Shown here: positions 52,180 through 64,000 of the stretch, piece by piece | Position numbering within the stretch: the stretch's first letter is position 1 | Layout of the letters: every line of letters begins with the position of its first letter | NCBI RefSeq assembly: GCF_048593235.1 | Contig: NC_133618.1 | Coordinates: 89,683,919-89,747,918 of the forward strand | Source of the DNA: Sminthopsis crassicaudata | Taxonomy: Eukaryota | Length of the DNA: 64,000 nucleotides | Direction: 5' to 3' | Notes under the pieces: generated by a model | What the model saw: only the letters and a program-made list of their open reading frames with translations | Told to the model about the DNA's origin: nothing | Database searches by the model: none | Translations under genes and position numbers: made by a program

Positions 52180-53330
52180 AAAAAAAAAACTCAGAGGAAC
52201 CACCTCACACCCTTCAGGTTGTCAAAAAAAAAAAAAAAAAAGAAAAATAATAAATTCTGCAGAGGTTGTGGCAAAACAGGTCATGGAATTCATTATTAGT
52301 GCAACTGTGAACCAGTCCAACTATTCTGGAAAGCAAATTAGAACTATGCTCCCCCAAATCTATTAAACTGTGCATACCTTTGACTCAACTATACTCCTAC
52401 ATATACTCCAAAGAGAGCCTAAAAAAAAAAGGAAAAAAGGAAAAGGCCCCATACATACAAAATATTCATAACTGGGGTTTTTTGGAGGGTGATAAAGAAT
52501 TGGAAAGTGAAGGGATGTTTATCAATTGGGGCATATGATTGTACTGTAAAAAATGATGAAGAGAATAGTTTCAGAAAAACCTAGGAAGACTTATATGAAC
52601 TGATGACCAGCTCTGAAAGACCCAGATTCTGATCTACACAATGAGCAACCAAAATTCCAAAAACTCATAATGAACTATACTGTCCACATCCAGATAGAGT
52701 GATTGTGTGGTACGGAAATGGTGAGGGAACACCATTTAATAAAAAAGCTGGAGAGAGCTCTAGAGAAAAGCAAAGTTTATTGTACATTCTCAGGAGAAGG
52801 GCGTCCCACCCTTTGAGTAGACAATCAGGACAGCCCCTTTAATCCCTAACGCAAAACACCCCCTCCCACCACTGACCCTGATCCTCATTGGCTGAGAGTC
52901 TTACATTCTAAAAGAGAGATCTGCCCATGAAATTGAACTTGACCAATAAGTACATAGTTGCCCATATTTGGCTGAAATAGGGAGATGATATCATGGGAGG
53001 GGAACGCAATTATGCCCTTGACTCAATCCTCAAAGTCCTTCAGGCCTACTCAAACTCTGAAGTAGATGAAGCCTTACTCGATTTTCAAAACTCTCTTGAA
53101 AGATCTTACCTCATCTCATTCAGTGATGGATTCAGTGGGAAATTTGAAGCGTATTTTCTCTTTTTTGGGCAGGGAGAGATGTGGCTAATGCAAGAATTTG
53201 TTTTGCGTGATTCTACGTGTTTCTTTTTCTTGAGTTCTGGACAGGTGGAGGATGGGGAAAGAGAAGGAAAGAATTCAGAGCTGAATACAAAATAAAAATT
53301 TTTGGGGGGGAATACAATAAACACAGGGGG
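52180..53330 (+). mobile_element. L1 ORF2 end / 3' UTR fragment interrupted by a solo LTR
   Basis: L1 text (accacctcacacccttcagg...; tgtccacatccagatagagtgat | ggattcagtgggaaatttgaagc) resumes after the LTR. Confidence 0.75.
52704..53122 (-). mobile_element. Solo LTR (419 bp) with 5-bp TSD
   Basis: TG...CA termini. TSD GTGAT at 52699-52703 and 53123-53127. On the minus strand, CCAAT (52887-52891), TATA-like ATTAAA (52838-52843) and AATAAA (52776-52781) occur in U3-R order. Confidence 0.88.
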
Positions 53331-55987
53331 AACTTATATTCCATAAACCATTGAATCACTTTCTCCACCTCTGTAAAGGCGTTGGGGAAGGTATCTTCTC
53401 ACATCTTTCCTCAGCACCTTGTTTCTTTGTAATTTTGCAGCATTCATTTTCAGCTGTTCCATGGTGGTGGTTCTTTCCATTTACAGTGTTGTAATAAAAC
53501 TGTCCATAATGTTTTCTTGGCTCTGCATCAGTTTATCTTTCTACATTTTTCCATATTCATCCTATTTGTTTTTTCTTATAGGAGAGTATCCTGCTATTAC
53601 ATTCACATATCACACTTTGTTTTTAGAGAAACCTGGTTTCCAAGTCTCTGCTACTCTAAAAATTGCTGCTATAAACTTTGAAGTGTACGGATTACAGAGG
53701 AAAAGGAAGAGGAGCACCTGAGGTCTACTTGTCTCCATTCTGATTCTCCAGCCTGGATTTCCATATTCTTTCTGTCTCTATCTCTGTCTGTTGTCTGTCT
53801 GTCTCTTTGTCTGTCTGTCTGCTCTCTCTCTCACACAATGCCCATCCTTCAAAGCCCTGTTTCAATCTTACTTCTTCCAGGAAGACTTCCATGGCTTCCT
53901 CACTCTAAAATAATTTCTCCTTCATATTAACTTCTGCAGTATAGACTTCCCCCAGCAGAATGAGTGGATGAGAACAATTCGTTCCAGTAGCCAGGAAGGT
54001 AAAACAGGAACTTGGCCAGGAAGCTTGGAACTTGTTCAGACACCAAAGATGCCCAGGTCATCACGGACATCCCAGGCCATCACTAGTCGTTTTGACTTTT
54101 GTCCTATCACTGGACTTTGAGGACTCTGAAAAGAGAATGAGACCAACAACTTTGACTTTGTACAACTCTGCCTTACTTGAATCCAACCCATTGGTCCTCT
54201 TTGAAAATGAAGGATAGACAATAACTTCTACAGTGTATTATTGCATTAAAGCACTGGATCTGGAGTCTGGATGATATGGGTATGAATCTCATTTTTTTTA
54301 ATTTAAAACCTACATAATCATGGGCAAATCACTTCCACCTGTACCCAGTGCAGGCTTCAGTATTCTTATTTGTAAAATAAGTAATGTAGTAAACTAGATT
54401 AATTTTAATGTCCTTCCCAGGTTGAATAAAAGCTGCATATGTCTGTCTTTCCCTACTAAATAGTTTTTTGAAGGCACAAATTGTCTTATTTGGCTTTGTG
54501 ATGTTGTTGGAGCAAAGTCTATATAAACTGTGTAGAATTGGCTCACTTGAAAATTCATTTCAACTTCAGTTGAGCAATCCTTTTATTCATCATATCGATT
54601 TTCTAATGTCTTCTAATCTCATTATGTCTACTTCCTCTGCTCAGATTCATACTTTCCACTCTACTACGAAGATTGAGATCATCAGTTAATCAGTCAACTA
54701 ATATGTAAGTGCCCCGAAATATTGACTTTTTTTGTTTGAGGCAAAATACACAAAAGTATGATTTGGTAACAGCTGAAATGAACTCTTTCTTTTGGTTAAT
54801 GGGACTCTACCCAGGATACCTAGGATACTTTGTACCTTATGTCCTACAGGGATCAGCAAACTATGGTGCATGGTTCATAGTCTGCCAAATAAACAAGGAT
54901 GCTTTCAGGATCCTCTTAAATTCAGTCCCATGAGGAAAAGCTCCAGTTGCTCTGACCTAATTATAGCTTGAATCTATAGTATACTAAGGTAATTTACCAC
55001 TTGCAAGCACACAACTTAACAATACTATGGGGCAAAGTTGTATAAAGTACACACACATATAAAATGGACAATGTTAAGTATATATTATTTCCTATGTGAC
55101 AAATGCTATGGTAAATGCTAGGAAAATAAAGACTAAATCTCTACTCCAAATGAGTAAATATTTACATTTAAATATAAAGAGAATTAATCTAAGGTAGTTA
55201 GAAGTTTGGAAGGGAAGTCACTAGCAGCTGGAGTGGAGAGGAGAAGTGATTCAGCTTCATGAAGCTGGTGTTTCAATTGTGATTTATAGGAAAGGATTCT
55301 ACAGAGTAAACAGGAGGAAGTCCATTTCAGGCATTAGGAATAGCCATTTAAAAGCAAGGAAACAAGATAAGAGTGGTGGGGAGGAGGAACAGAAGGTTAG
55401 TGGAGCTGGACTTTAGTGTGGGAAGGGACCGTAATGTTCAATGAGGCTTGTAGAATAGATCAACAACCAAATAGCTTTAATAGACAAATAAAGGAATTTG
55501 TATTTTATCATAAAGCCAATACCCACTGGACTTATTGAGTGAGCTGGTTATATGAGTTTAAGGAAAATCACATTCCTTGCTGTTTTTTGGTCCAGGAACA
55601 AGGTTTGAGGCAAGACCAATAAAGAAGTTTATTTCAATAATCTAGTTGATTTAAGATTGTGGCCATGTGAATGGAGAGGAGAGTTCAGTTTCTAGATATA
55701 TTATGTAGGTTAAACATGGCAAGATTAGATTAGATACATGGAGTGAGGGAAAGTGTGGAGGCAAATATTGAGCCAAGGCCACAAATATGGGAGCCTGAAA
55801 GAATGATAGCACCTAGAGAAGTCTGGAAGAGGGATAAACTTGGAAGAAAGATAATAAATTCTGTTGTGGATATGTTGCGTTTGAGTGTCTCCAAGTCCGT
55901 AGATTGAAATATCCAGTAAGACATTGGTGATGTATAGCAGGAGCTCAGGAGAAAGACAAGGGTCTATTTATAAAGTTTTAGGAATAG

Positions 55988-56203
55988 TTGTTTTTGTTCA
56001 GATGCATCCGACTCTTTGGGATTCCATTTGGAGTTTTCTTGGCAAAGATTCTAGAGTGGTTTGCCATTTTACAGCTGAAAAAACTGAGGCAAACAAGCTT
56101 TCATGACTTGCCCACAGTCATATAGCTGGTGTCTGAAGGCAGTTTGAACTTATAAAGAGGAGTCTTCCTGACTTCAGACCTGGCACTGAGCCACTTAGTT
56201 TCC
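55988..56203 (-). mobile_element. MAR1-type SINE
   Basis: gcatccgactctttgggattccatttggagttttcttggcaaagattctagagtggtttgcc... Approximate. Confidence 0.75.
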
Positions 56204-56499
56204 AGGGAGAGGCTAGGAAAAATCATCTATAATGATAGGAACCTCTATAGATACTGATGGGAGCAAAGATTGAGGAAGTGAGGAGACAGTTGGAGGGCAT
56301 GAATTATAGGTAGAAGTAGGGGACGGCCAAGGAAAGGGTTTGTCTCCTGGATATTTAATCTATAATATTCACAATTCCTTTTATTTTCTTCTGCAGTGAC
56401 TTGGAAAATAGGATATCTTAAGTGCAGCAGCACGTGGTAAGGAAGGAGGACTACCCTTTTCAGTTTGGTACAGAAGACAGATGTTTGTGATTTGCTAAG

Positions 56500-56675
56500 A
56501 ACAGACACTAATTATGTGACCAGGGCAAGTCATTTCACCCTGTTTGCCTTAGTTTCCTCATTTATAAAAGGAGCTGGAGGAGAAAATGGCAAACCACATC
56601 TGTATCTCTGCCAAAAAAAAACTAAACAAACTGAAAATGAGGTACTGAAGAGTCAGACTAAACAACAATATAAGA
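56500..56675 (+). mobile_element. MAR1-type SINE (5'-truncated)
   Basis: gtgaccagggcaagtcatttcaccctgtttgcc...ggagaaaatggcaaaccacatctg...gaagagtcagact. Confidence 0.7.
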
Positions 56676-57299
56676 AGAGACAGCTGGACTAAATAATGAG
56701 ACAAGAAGGGACATATTGGAAAAAAGTAACAATAATAGCAGTATTAATATCAGACTCTGAGGGTTGCAAAACACTATGCAAATATTATTTATTTGATTCT
56801 CACCATGAACCTGGGAGATAATTTCTATTATCATCCCTCATTATTTTACAAATAAGGATATGAGGAATCTGAGCTGATAGGAGAAGGCTGAGGCTAAAAG
56901 AGGTTCATGGATTTCCTGGGATCACATAGGTAGCAAATATCTGAGATATAATTCTAACCAAGATCTTGCTCACTTAAGTCCAGCATTCTCTCTCTCTGCT
57001 CTTATGGCTATCTAAAGAACTTTTTTTTCTCTGCCACTCAGGACAATATCACTGAGCTGTGGAAAAGTGTATAAAGTATACACTAAAGAAGACCTAAGTT
57101 TGAATCCCTGTCAGGGTCAACTTAACTGTATGCCATCCAGGCCCTGTGCTAGGTACTGCAAATACAAAGAATGGGAAAAAAAAACAAAAACCCTCTACTT
57201 AATTCAATCTTGGGATACTTTGACTTATTCTTTGTTGTTAAAAGAATCACATTCTACCAGACAATTCAAGGAAATTATAGTTTTTACTAACAAATCCAA

Positions 57300-57335
57300 T
57301 ATACATATATATATATATATATATAAATTATATAT

Positions 57336-57375
<40 letters not shown>
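57300..57375. repeat. (AT)n microsatellite
   Basis: Direct reading. Confidence 0.9.
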
Positions 57376-57377
<2 letters not shown>

Positions 57378-57489
57378 TAACTACATTATATAAACTATAT
57401 GTATATAAATTGTTTAAAGCAACTTATGTCAGGATAATGGAGATTTGGCACATGAGCAAAGTGCCTTAGATATTGTCTTCATGTGCAGG

Positions 57490-57597
57490 GTAGTATCTCT
57501 CCATGTAGAGGATGCCAGGAGGAAGATGGTACCTCTCCACATGGAGGATGCTAGGGAGAAGATAGTGTCTCTTCCTATGAAGGATGCTGGTGGTGAA
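57490..57597. repeat. Degenerate 36-bp tandem repeat, 3 copies
   Basis: gtagtatctctccatgtagaggatgccaggaggaag / atggtacctctccacatggaggatgctagggagaag / atagtgtctcttcctatgaaggatgctggtggtgaa. Confidence 0.7.
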
Positions 57598-58402
57598 TTG
57601 CTTCTTGGAAAATTGATGATGCCATGAAGAGAGAAAGATGCTGAAGCATTTGTAGATATTCTTTCTGATTGGCTAACTGTGTGTGGAAAAAGAGATTCTT
57701 TCGTTGGCTGTTAAGACATTCAAAAGGGCCAACTGGCCATTTGTCATGTTGTTTCAGCACTCTCAACGGAAGGATTACCTCATGAGTTTAAAAGCTTCAG
57801 CAGACTCATCTCACCATTCCAGACTTTGGGTTTGCACAGTTCTGAAGGCAGTGGAGCTTCCTTCAGCAACCCTATATTCCATCGTCCTGACTATAAGCCA
57901 GCACAGAATCAACACTGAGGAGCAGAGAGTAATCTTTAGGACCCTAGCCTAGTAATAGCTGAGAAAAGGACTTGTATGGCAGCCATGTCACCTGTGAAAT
58001 AATTGTCTCTGGTCCAGAAATAAATTTGAACCTATTCCCCTCAGAGAAAAAAAGGGTATGAGAGAGAGTATGCTCCTGAGGGAAGGTGTATATGTATGTG
58101 TGTGGAATGTTTATACTTTATTCTTACTATATCTTCAAAAGAATTATTCCATATCTCATATGAAGGGGCTAAATAGAACTATGCTGTCAGTCACTGGCCT
58201 TAAGCTAAGCCAGTGAAGGACTCAAGGCCTAACAAACCCATCAGGTACCCTAGTATGGGAAAAAATAGCAAGCCTGATTTAGTTAATTTTGTTATCTAGA
58301 TAGCTTTTTCTCTCTCTCTCAGAGGTGAGATAACTTGAATGATTCTATCTGATAAGGGTGTTGGGAGTTAAGTACTTTACAAACTAGAGTATTAAATAGA
58401 TA

Positions 58403-59048
58403 TGATGAGGTGCAAGAATTAGGGGTAAGAGATCCCCTCTGGTCGGTGCCACAGGTCCCTTGCCAAAAATTCACAAACCTGAAGTCTGTGTGGCAAAAGG
58501 GAATTTATTTACACTCAAAAGACAGCTTGCTAGGAAGACAGCCTTCTTAGTGGGCAAGGTCCTTCCTGTCAGGACTTTTATAGAGATGGGTTTACACCGA
58601 GAAGAAAATATCTTCATCAGTGGGCTAAATCCAGTGAGCAAATAGCTCCTAATTAGGAATTTGGCCAAGGTGGGTTAATACTAAGAAGAAAATATCTTCA
58701 CCAGTGGATGAAATTCTATTAGGATTTCTGCAAAGATTCAGGGGTTCAGAGTTGCCTTTTATTTAGCTTTCTGAGGCTTTTTCAGGATTTTTCCAGGCCC
58801 CTGACTTAAGATGCAGTTCAAGGGACTAATCTCCAATTCAGTAGAGGGTGGTGATTACGCCCCTGACCAAGATTTCCAATTGAATAAGACTACTTAATTT
58901 AAGGGTGTTGTCTGGGAAAGGTGTGCTTTCCCCCCCCCCCCAGTTTGAAAGTCCCACCAAAGGGAACATAGTTTACATCTGGCCCCCCCCAAAGATTAAA
59001 GAGGACACAATTTACATCATTTTCCCAAAAAAATCTCCATTTACATCA
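58403..59048 (-). mobile_element. ERV1-like solo LTR (646 bp) with 4-bp TSD
   Basis: TGATG...CATCA inverted termini. TSD GATA at 58399-58402 and 59049-59052. Minus-strand TATAAAA (58576-58582) and AATAAA (58504-58509). U3 direct repeat agaagaaaatatcttca at 58600 and 58684. Inserted into a MIR tail. Confidence 0.9.
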
Positions 59049-60134
59049 GATACAAGTGATTATTACTATTCAACACACTTAAGACACTTGAGCAAAAGCA
59101 AAAGACAAACCCCAATGCAGGATTCCAACTGGATCCCAGTGCAGACTCTGCCAATGTTTTGCTTGTAGTCTTAGCAAAATCATGTGACATTTCTGGATCT
59201 CATTCATAAAATGAGATGTATGGATGAAATTACCTCTTTCAGTCCTACTAGGCCATGAGAGTTACCAGCCAAAAGTGAAGACTTAAAGGTAGGTTTTGAC
59301 ATATTTTTATTGTCATCATTTATCCAGTTAGTAGCTACTGGAAATCTTATTTTTCTTTCTGGTTCATAAGTCTCAACAGTACTTGCCATAAGTATTTAGA
59401 GAAAACAGAACCAAAATCATCACCCAATTTCTCTCTTTTTTTTTTTTAACTTAATTTGGGAAGAAAGAAGAAAGGCCCCAGATCTGAAAGAATGCTTTCT
59501 AAAGATTAATTCAATTTTAACAAATTTTGAGTTGCTTCTTAATCAATTTTTAAAGAAATATCTTCTTAATGGGTTAGTTGAATATAGTTTTTCATTACCC
59601 TACCCTGAGCCTTGATTTACTTATCCATAAGGGTAATAAGTAACTATACTTTGCTGGATATGATGAAGAATACTGCAACAGTTAATAAAAAGAGCTGATA
59701 AACCTTTCTCAAAATACACAACATGATTCTAATAGTAACTACAGCAGAAGGGACATCAGCGACTGTGTTTGTGGGGCTTCAATAGGAGGGAGGCAGAGGA
59801 GCCTCCTTTGTAAAAAGGGCTAAGATTGATTTAAAGGAAATTATAAGACATGAGCTACAGGATGCTATACTTGACATTTCCTACAATCCCTATGACTTCT
59901 CAAATCTCCCTAGAAAAGAAAGTATGTGATAAAAGATAAAACAAATCCAGCTATTCCCTTGGGCTGCCAAGAAAGCAAAAGATTAAAAAAAGAAAAATTT
60001 CAGACCCAAGAGTTGATGTTCGCCGATTGAAGATATTCATCACTCCTTCCCAACCGCCTAAGCGACCAGCAGAAAAGCTGTATTAGTAGACTCAAGGACA
60101 TGAGGTAAAACTACATCAAAACTCAGCCTCATAC

Positions 60135-60998
60135 TGTTGAGGTGTGAGAAATGAAGGGTTGACAGAGAGAGGACCGTGGGAACTGAGTGTGGTTCACAAC
60201 ATAGTATTCGCACTCTCTCTGTTGTTATTTGCTTGCATTTTGTTTTCTTTCTCAGTTTTTCTTTTCTTCCTTCTTGATCCGATTTTTCTTGTGCAGCAAG
60301 ATAACTGTATAAATATGTGTATATATATTGTATTTAAGATATTTTAACATTTAACATATTGGACTGCTTGCCATCTAGGGGAGGAGGAGATAATTTGGAA
60401 CAGAAGCCTTTGCAAAGGTCAATGTTGAAAAATTACCCTTCCATATGTTTTGTAAATAAAAAGCTTTAATTTAAAAAAAAAAAAATTGAGGGGTGAGAGA
60501 TAACTTAACAGCAATGGAGTGCCCGGGAGCCAGTGTTGCAGGTTTTTGTGAAAGAATTAGTAGCCCCGATCTACAAGCAAGGTTTTTGGCAAAAATGGGT
60601 TTCTTACACTGGGAAACAATTTCCCAAAGGGCTAGTTCTAAAAGGAATTTAGCAAAGGTGAGTTTTTGGCAAAGATGGGTTTACACTGAGAAACCACTTC
60701 CCAGTGGGCCGAATCCTAATAGGAAATTAACAAAGATAGGTTACACTGCCTTTGATTATATTGGTTTCTACAGCCCGGGGTTAGGGAGCAATCTCCAGAT
60801 AAATTTGAAGGACTAATCAATAATGGGTGGTAATTATACCCCAGGCCAAGATCTCCAATTAAATTGTAGGTGGAGATTATTATGGGAGTTTCCCCTAGGA
60901 ACAGGGTGGGGCCACTCCCAAAGGTCTGGAGGGGTTGTGATTAAGGTTTTCCAATCTAAGTCCACCCCCCAAAGATCCGGAGAACAGAGTTTACATCA
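60135..60998 (-). mobile_element. Second, related ERV1-like solo LTR, interrupted by an L1 3' end
   Basis: TG...CATCA termini. TSD ATAC at 60131-60134 and 60999-61002. Shares gatgggtttacac, gggtggt-atta-ccc-ccaagat-tccaatt and ccccccaaagat...tttacatca with the 58403 LTR. U3 repeat gtttttggcaaa at 60582 and 60662. Confidence 0.85.
60163..60485 (+). mobile_element. 5'-truncated L1 3' end inserted in the LTR
   Basis: cagagagaggaccgtgggaactgagtgtggttcacaacatag...gtaaataaaaagctttaatttaaaaaaa. Degenerate TSD aaatgaagggttga (60149-60162) / aattgaggggtga (60484-60496). Confidence 0.8.
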
Positions 60999-62029
60999 AT
61001 ACCGTGGTTCTTCTCTCCCATTTCTAGGGTCATAGAGCCCCTGGCTGCAGGCTATGGAATTTTCCTCAGGCCTTGACACAGTTCTCCAGAAGCAAAAGCC
61101 TGCTAGGGGATGTAATCCCTTACCTGCAAAGCTCTGAACTGCTAGTGGCTGGTGTTGGGGAAAATGGGCTCTGAACGACCAGTGTCAGGACTAAGAATCA
61201 AGGAACAGAGGGAGTGGAACAGCTCCCCAAGAAAGGAAACTGCATGAAGCACTCTAGTAGCACTGAAGGAAAAGCAGGGTTCAGCCATTGCCAGATCTGA
61301 CCACCAAAAGTTGGCTGGAGAAGAGACCTAAGCTGGTAAATTGCCCAGTAAGGGAGGAGACTGGGATGCTTTAAGATCCAGTTCCCAAAGAAACTACAAA
61401 GGAGTGCAATTAAAAAAATAAGGTGGGGGAAATAGGGGAAATTGAAAATACCAAAGATCCCAGGGAGAAGATATCTCAAAGACATGAAACCAAACAGATA
61501 AATTAACAGAAAAATAGGACAATAGAAGGAATTATGGCTTCCAGATGTAGTAAACAAGTTCAGACATCTATGAATGAATGCTGCAAAATGAAAGAAAATG
61601 ATTCATTTAATGAGACAAGATTCTGTGAAAGTTCAGGAGAGCATGTAATCATTAATTACATACTGTTGCTATGTGATGTAAAAGAGAAATGAGAATTATG
61701 AGAACAGAATGTATGTTCTGAACAGCAAAAATAAGCAGAAGAGGAAAAACTTGAATTTGTAATGGCAAACTTCACCAAGGAAACAAAAGGAAGAACAATC
61801 AATTAGGAAAGCAAATACACAGACCTGAAAGACACTCTAGAAGAAAAGCAAAAAATTAGAATGTTAAAATATGCTTAATAAAAAAGCAAAATATACAGAT
61901 CTCAAAGAAAAAAATGCATAGAGATAACCTAAGGATCATAGGTGGCCCAAAAGAACATGATAGGATTAAAAAAAAGAAAAACCCTTCATACTATAATGAA
62001 GGAAATAATGAAAATTCACTTTATTTCAA

Positions 62030-62990
62030 TAGATTTAACATGGAAAATGCCTTCCACATTCAGAGAGAGAACTATAAAGACTGAGGATGGAAGCATAGTA
62101 TTTTCCTTTTGTTTGCTTTTTTTTTCTCTTTTTTCTTTTGGTCTGATTTTTCTTACACAACATGACAAATGTGGAAATATGTTTACAAGGATTTTACCTG
62201 TATTGTTTGTTTAACCTACTTTGAAGTGGAAGACAGAAAGGAAGAAAAAATTTGGAACACAAAGTCTTATAAAAATGAATGCTGAAAACTTTTTACATGT
62301 ATTTGGAAAAATAAAATACTATTGAGGGAAAGAACCTTCCAGAACTTCTAAATGTAGAAATTATTGTATTACTTGAAAGTTATAATTAGAACTTTGTCAA
62401 ATCTACAAGAATATGAGTTGATAAATGGCCAAAGGACATAAACAGAAAGTTTTCAATGAAGAAATCTAAACAATTTATAGTCATATGCAAAATGTTCTAA
62501 ATCATTATTGATTAGAGAATTGCAGATTAAAACAACCTTAAGGTATATTTTACATCTATCAGATTAGCTAAAATGATAGGGACTGGGACAAATGTTGGAG
62601 AAGATATGGAAAAACTGGGATACTATTGTTTGTGGAATTGTAAAATAATGTAACCATTACAACCACAGAGTAAACTACCTATATTACACACAGCAATACC
62701 ATTACTTGGTCTATTTCAAAATGATTAAGGAAAAAAGAACCTATATATTCTAAAATGTTTATAATTGTTCTCTGTGTAGTGTCAAAGAACCAAAAAGTTC
62801 AGAGATGCCTGTCATTTGGGGAATGACTGAATAAGTGGTGTTAAATGATTGATAGACTACTAATGATGAGCTCAGTGATTTTAGAAAAACAGAGTTGCAT
62901 GAAATAAAAAGCAAAATGAATAGAACCAAGAGAATATTATATATAATAGCAATATTGTTTTAAAAATGACTTTTGAGCAAATAAGTTATT
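62030..62990 (+). mobile_element. L1 3' end plus ORF2 C-terminal fragment
   Basis: L1 3' UTR (ccttccacattcagagagagaacta...gaaaaataaaatactattg, to about 62330), then aaatcattattgattagagaattgcagattaaaacaacc... Approximate. Confidence 0.7.
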
Positions 62991-64000
62991 TTCTAAGAGT
63001 TTAGTCCAATCCCTTTATTGAGACTCCCAAGGATCTAGGTCTTGCTCAAAGTCACATATTGGCAGAGCCAAAGCTAGACAGCAGTGAGATCCAAACTGGG
63101 CTGATGCCATGCTACTGAAGTAGGCTATTCAAGATACAGGCAGATTGGTTCTCTGCCTTTTATATATAAGCTTTTCCAAGCAAAGAATGGGTGATGTTTA
63201 TTGTTCTCAAAATTACTTACAATACTCCTGAGAAGACTAGGAATAAGAGAAGATCTATTCCTGAGAGGGAGAAAGAAGGAATATCTGAATGGGTTACTTT
63301 TTTTTTTTTAACCACTAGTATAGAAAATATCTGATTAAGTTCTACTCTGCTAGGAAGGCTTCATAATTAGATAAATCGCCTTTAAATCAAGTTTAAAATG
63401 CTGATGTTTTATTTCACTTTTTAAGACAACAAAAGAATAATTATGAAGACTATCACTGTAAAGGTCGTACTGGATTTTTGTGGATTTACTATATTTTTAA
63501 TATCTAAAATGCAGCTATAAACCAGGGGCATCACACAGTCCTTGTGCAGCATTTTCACATGAGCCGTAAGAGAAAGTTTTATTTGTGCAAATTTGTTTCT
63601 TAGGGCTTATTTATGCCTGTATGGTATCATATATCTTCCATTAAAGTCTACAACGCCCACACAATGTTACAGAAGTGGTTCTAGGTTGTTGAAAGTAATT
63701 TTACCAGTCTTATGATCCAATTGGTCCCCACCAAACTGGAAAGTCATGAACTTTGTGTGTATATGTGTCATCCATAGACCAACCAAGCTAAGTTCAGAGA
63801 AGTGAGGCTGCACACCTGCTGGTAAATTTTTCTGACAAAAAATCCCCCAAGAAACAAAAAACAAATCCTAATAAAGAATACAGGTAGGCAGAGCTTGCTA
63901 TTTTTTTTTTTTTGGAGTGCTCATACCGATCAAATTATGGATCATTTGAAGTATGGTATCACGTGCGTTTGTATTCTAGCTACAAAGAAATCTTATTTTT

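Larger units (their letters stand above)
59990..62030 (+). mobile_element. Old L1 5' UTR / ORF1 remnant hosting the LTR
   Basis: Near 61917-62010 the plus strand reads HRDNLRIIGGPKEHD and KKRKTLHTIMKEIMK, resembling L1 ORF1 RDNLRIIGLPE...KSLDTIFQEII. The 5' boundary is uncertain. Confidence 0.55.

Noticed and set aside
58403-60998. The two related LTRs as the 5' and 3' ends of one provirus
   Set aside because: Each has its own distinct TSD, they are diverged, and no primer-binding site or gag/pol sequence was recognised between them.
63600-63680. VVDFNGRY resembling Harbinger transposase VVDxRGRF
   Set aside because: The flanking catalytic motifs (GAIDG, WPGSxHD) are absent.
51600-64000. 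TTC7A coding exons, expected from human synteny as recalled
   Set aside because: No matching translation and no second CpG island in this interval, so the gene probably begins beyond the window.

Overview
Marsupial genomic DNA, most likely an Australian dasyurid-type assembly. The evidence is WSINE1/MAR1-type CORE-SINEs, marsupial L1, RTE and L3 fragments, and two short N gaps. One protein-coding gene is supported: MCFD2 on the minus strand. It has three coding exons (46697-46827, 46040-46199, 43110-43241) with canonical GT-AG junctions, encoding a 140-aa signal-peptide protein with two EF-hands. A non-coding first exon lies in a CpG-island promoter at about 50.5-51.6 kb. The remaining ~43 kb downstream and ~12 kb upstream are intergenic and dominated by transposon relics and microsatellites. 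I found no evidence of a new multi-gene system, RNA gene or CRISPR array. The most unusual structures are: a composite insertion inside an L1 templated from two nearby loci and joined at a 9-bp microhomology; three solo LTRs with intact TSDs upstream of, and co-oriented with, MCFD2; a three-level nested L1/LTR/L1 insertion; a strong CTCF motif at 33.3 kb; two perfect 14-bp palindromes in the promoter region; and several unclassified, coding-like decayed segments. Repeat family names come from recalled consensus features, not a database search. Boundaries marked approximate were judged by eye.
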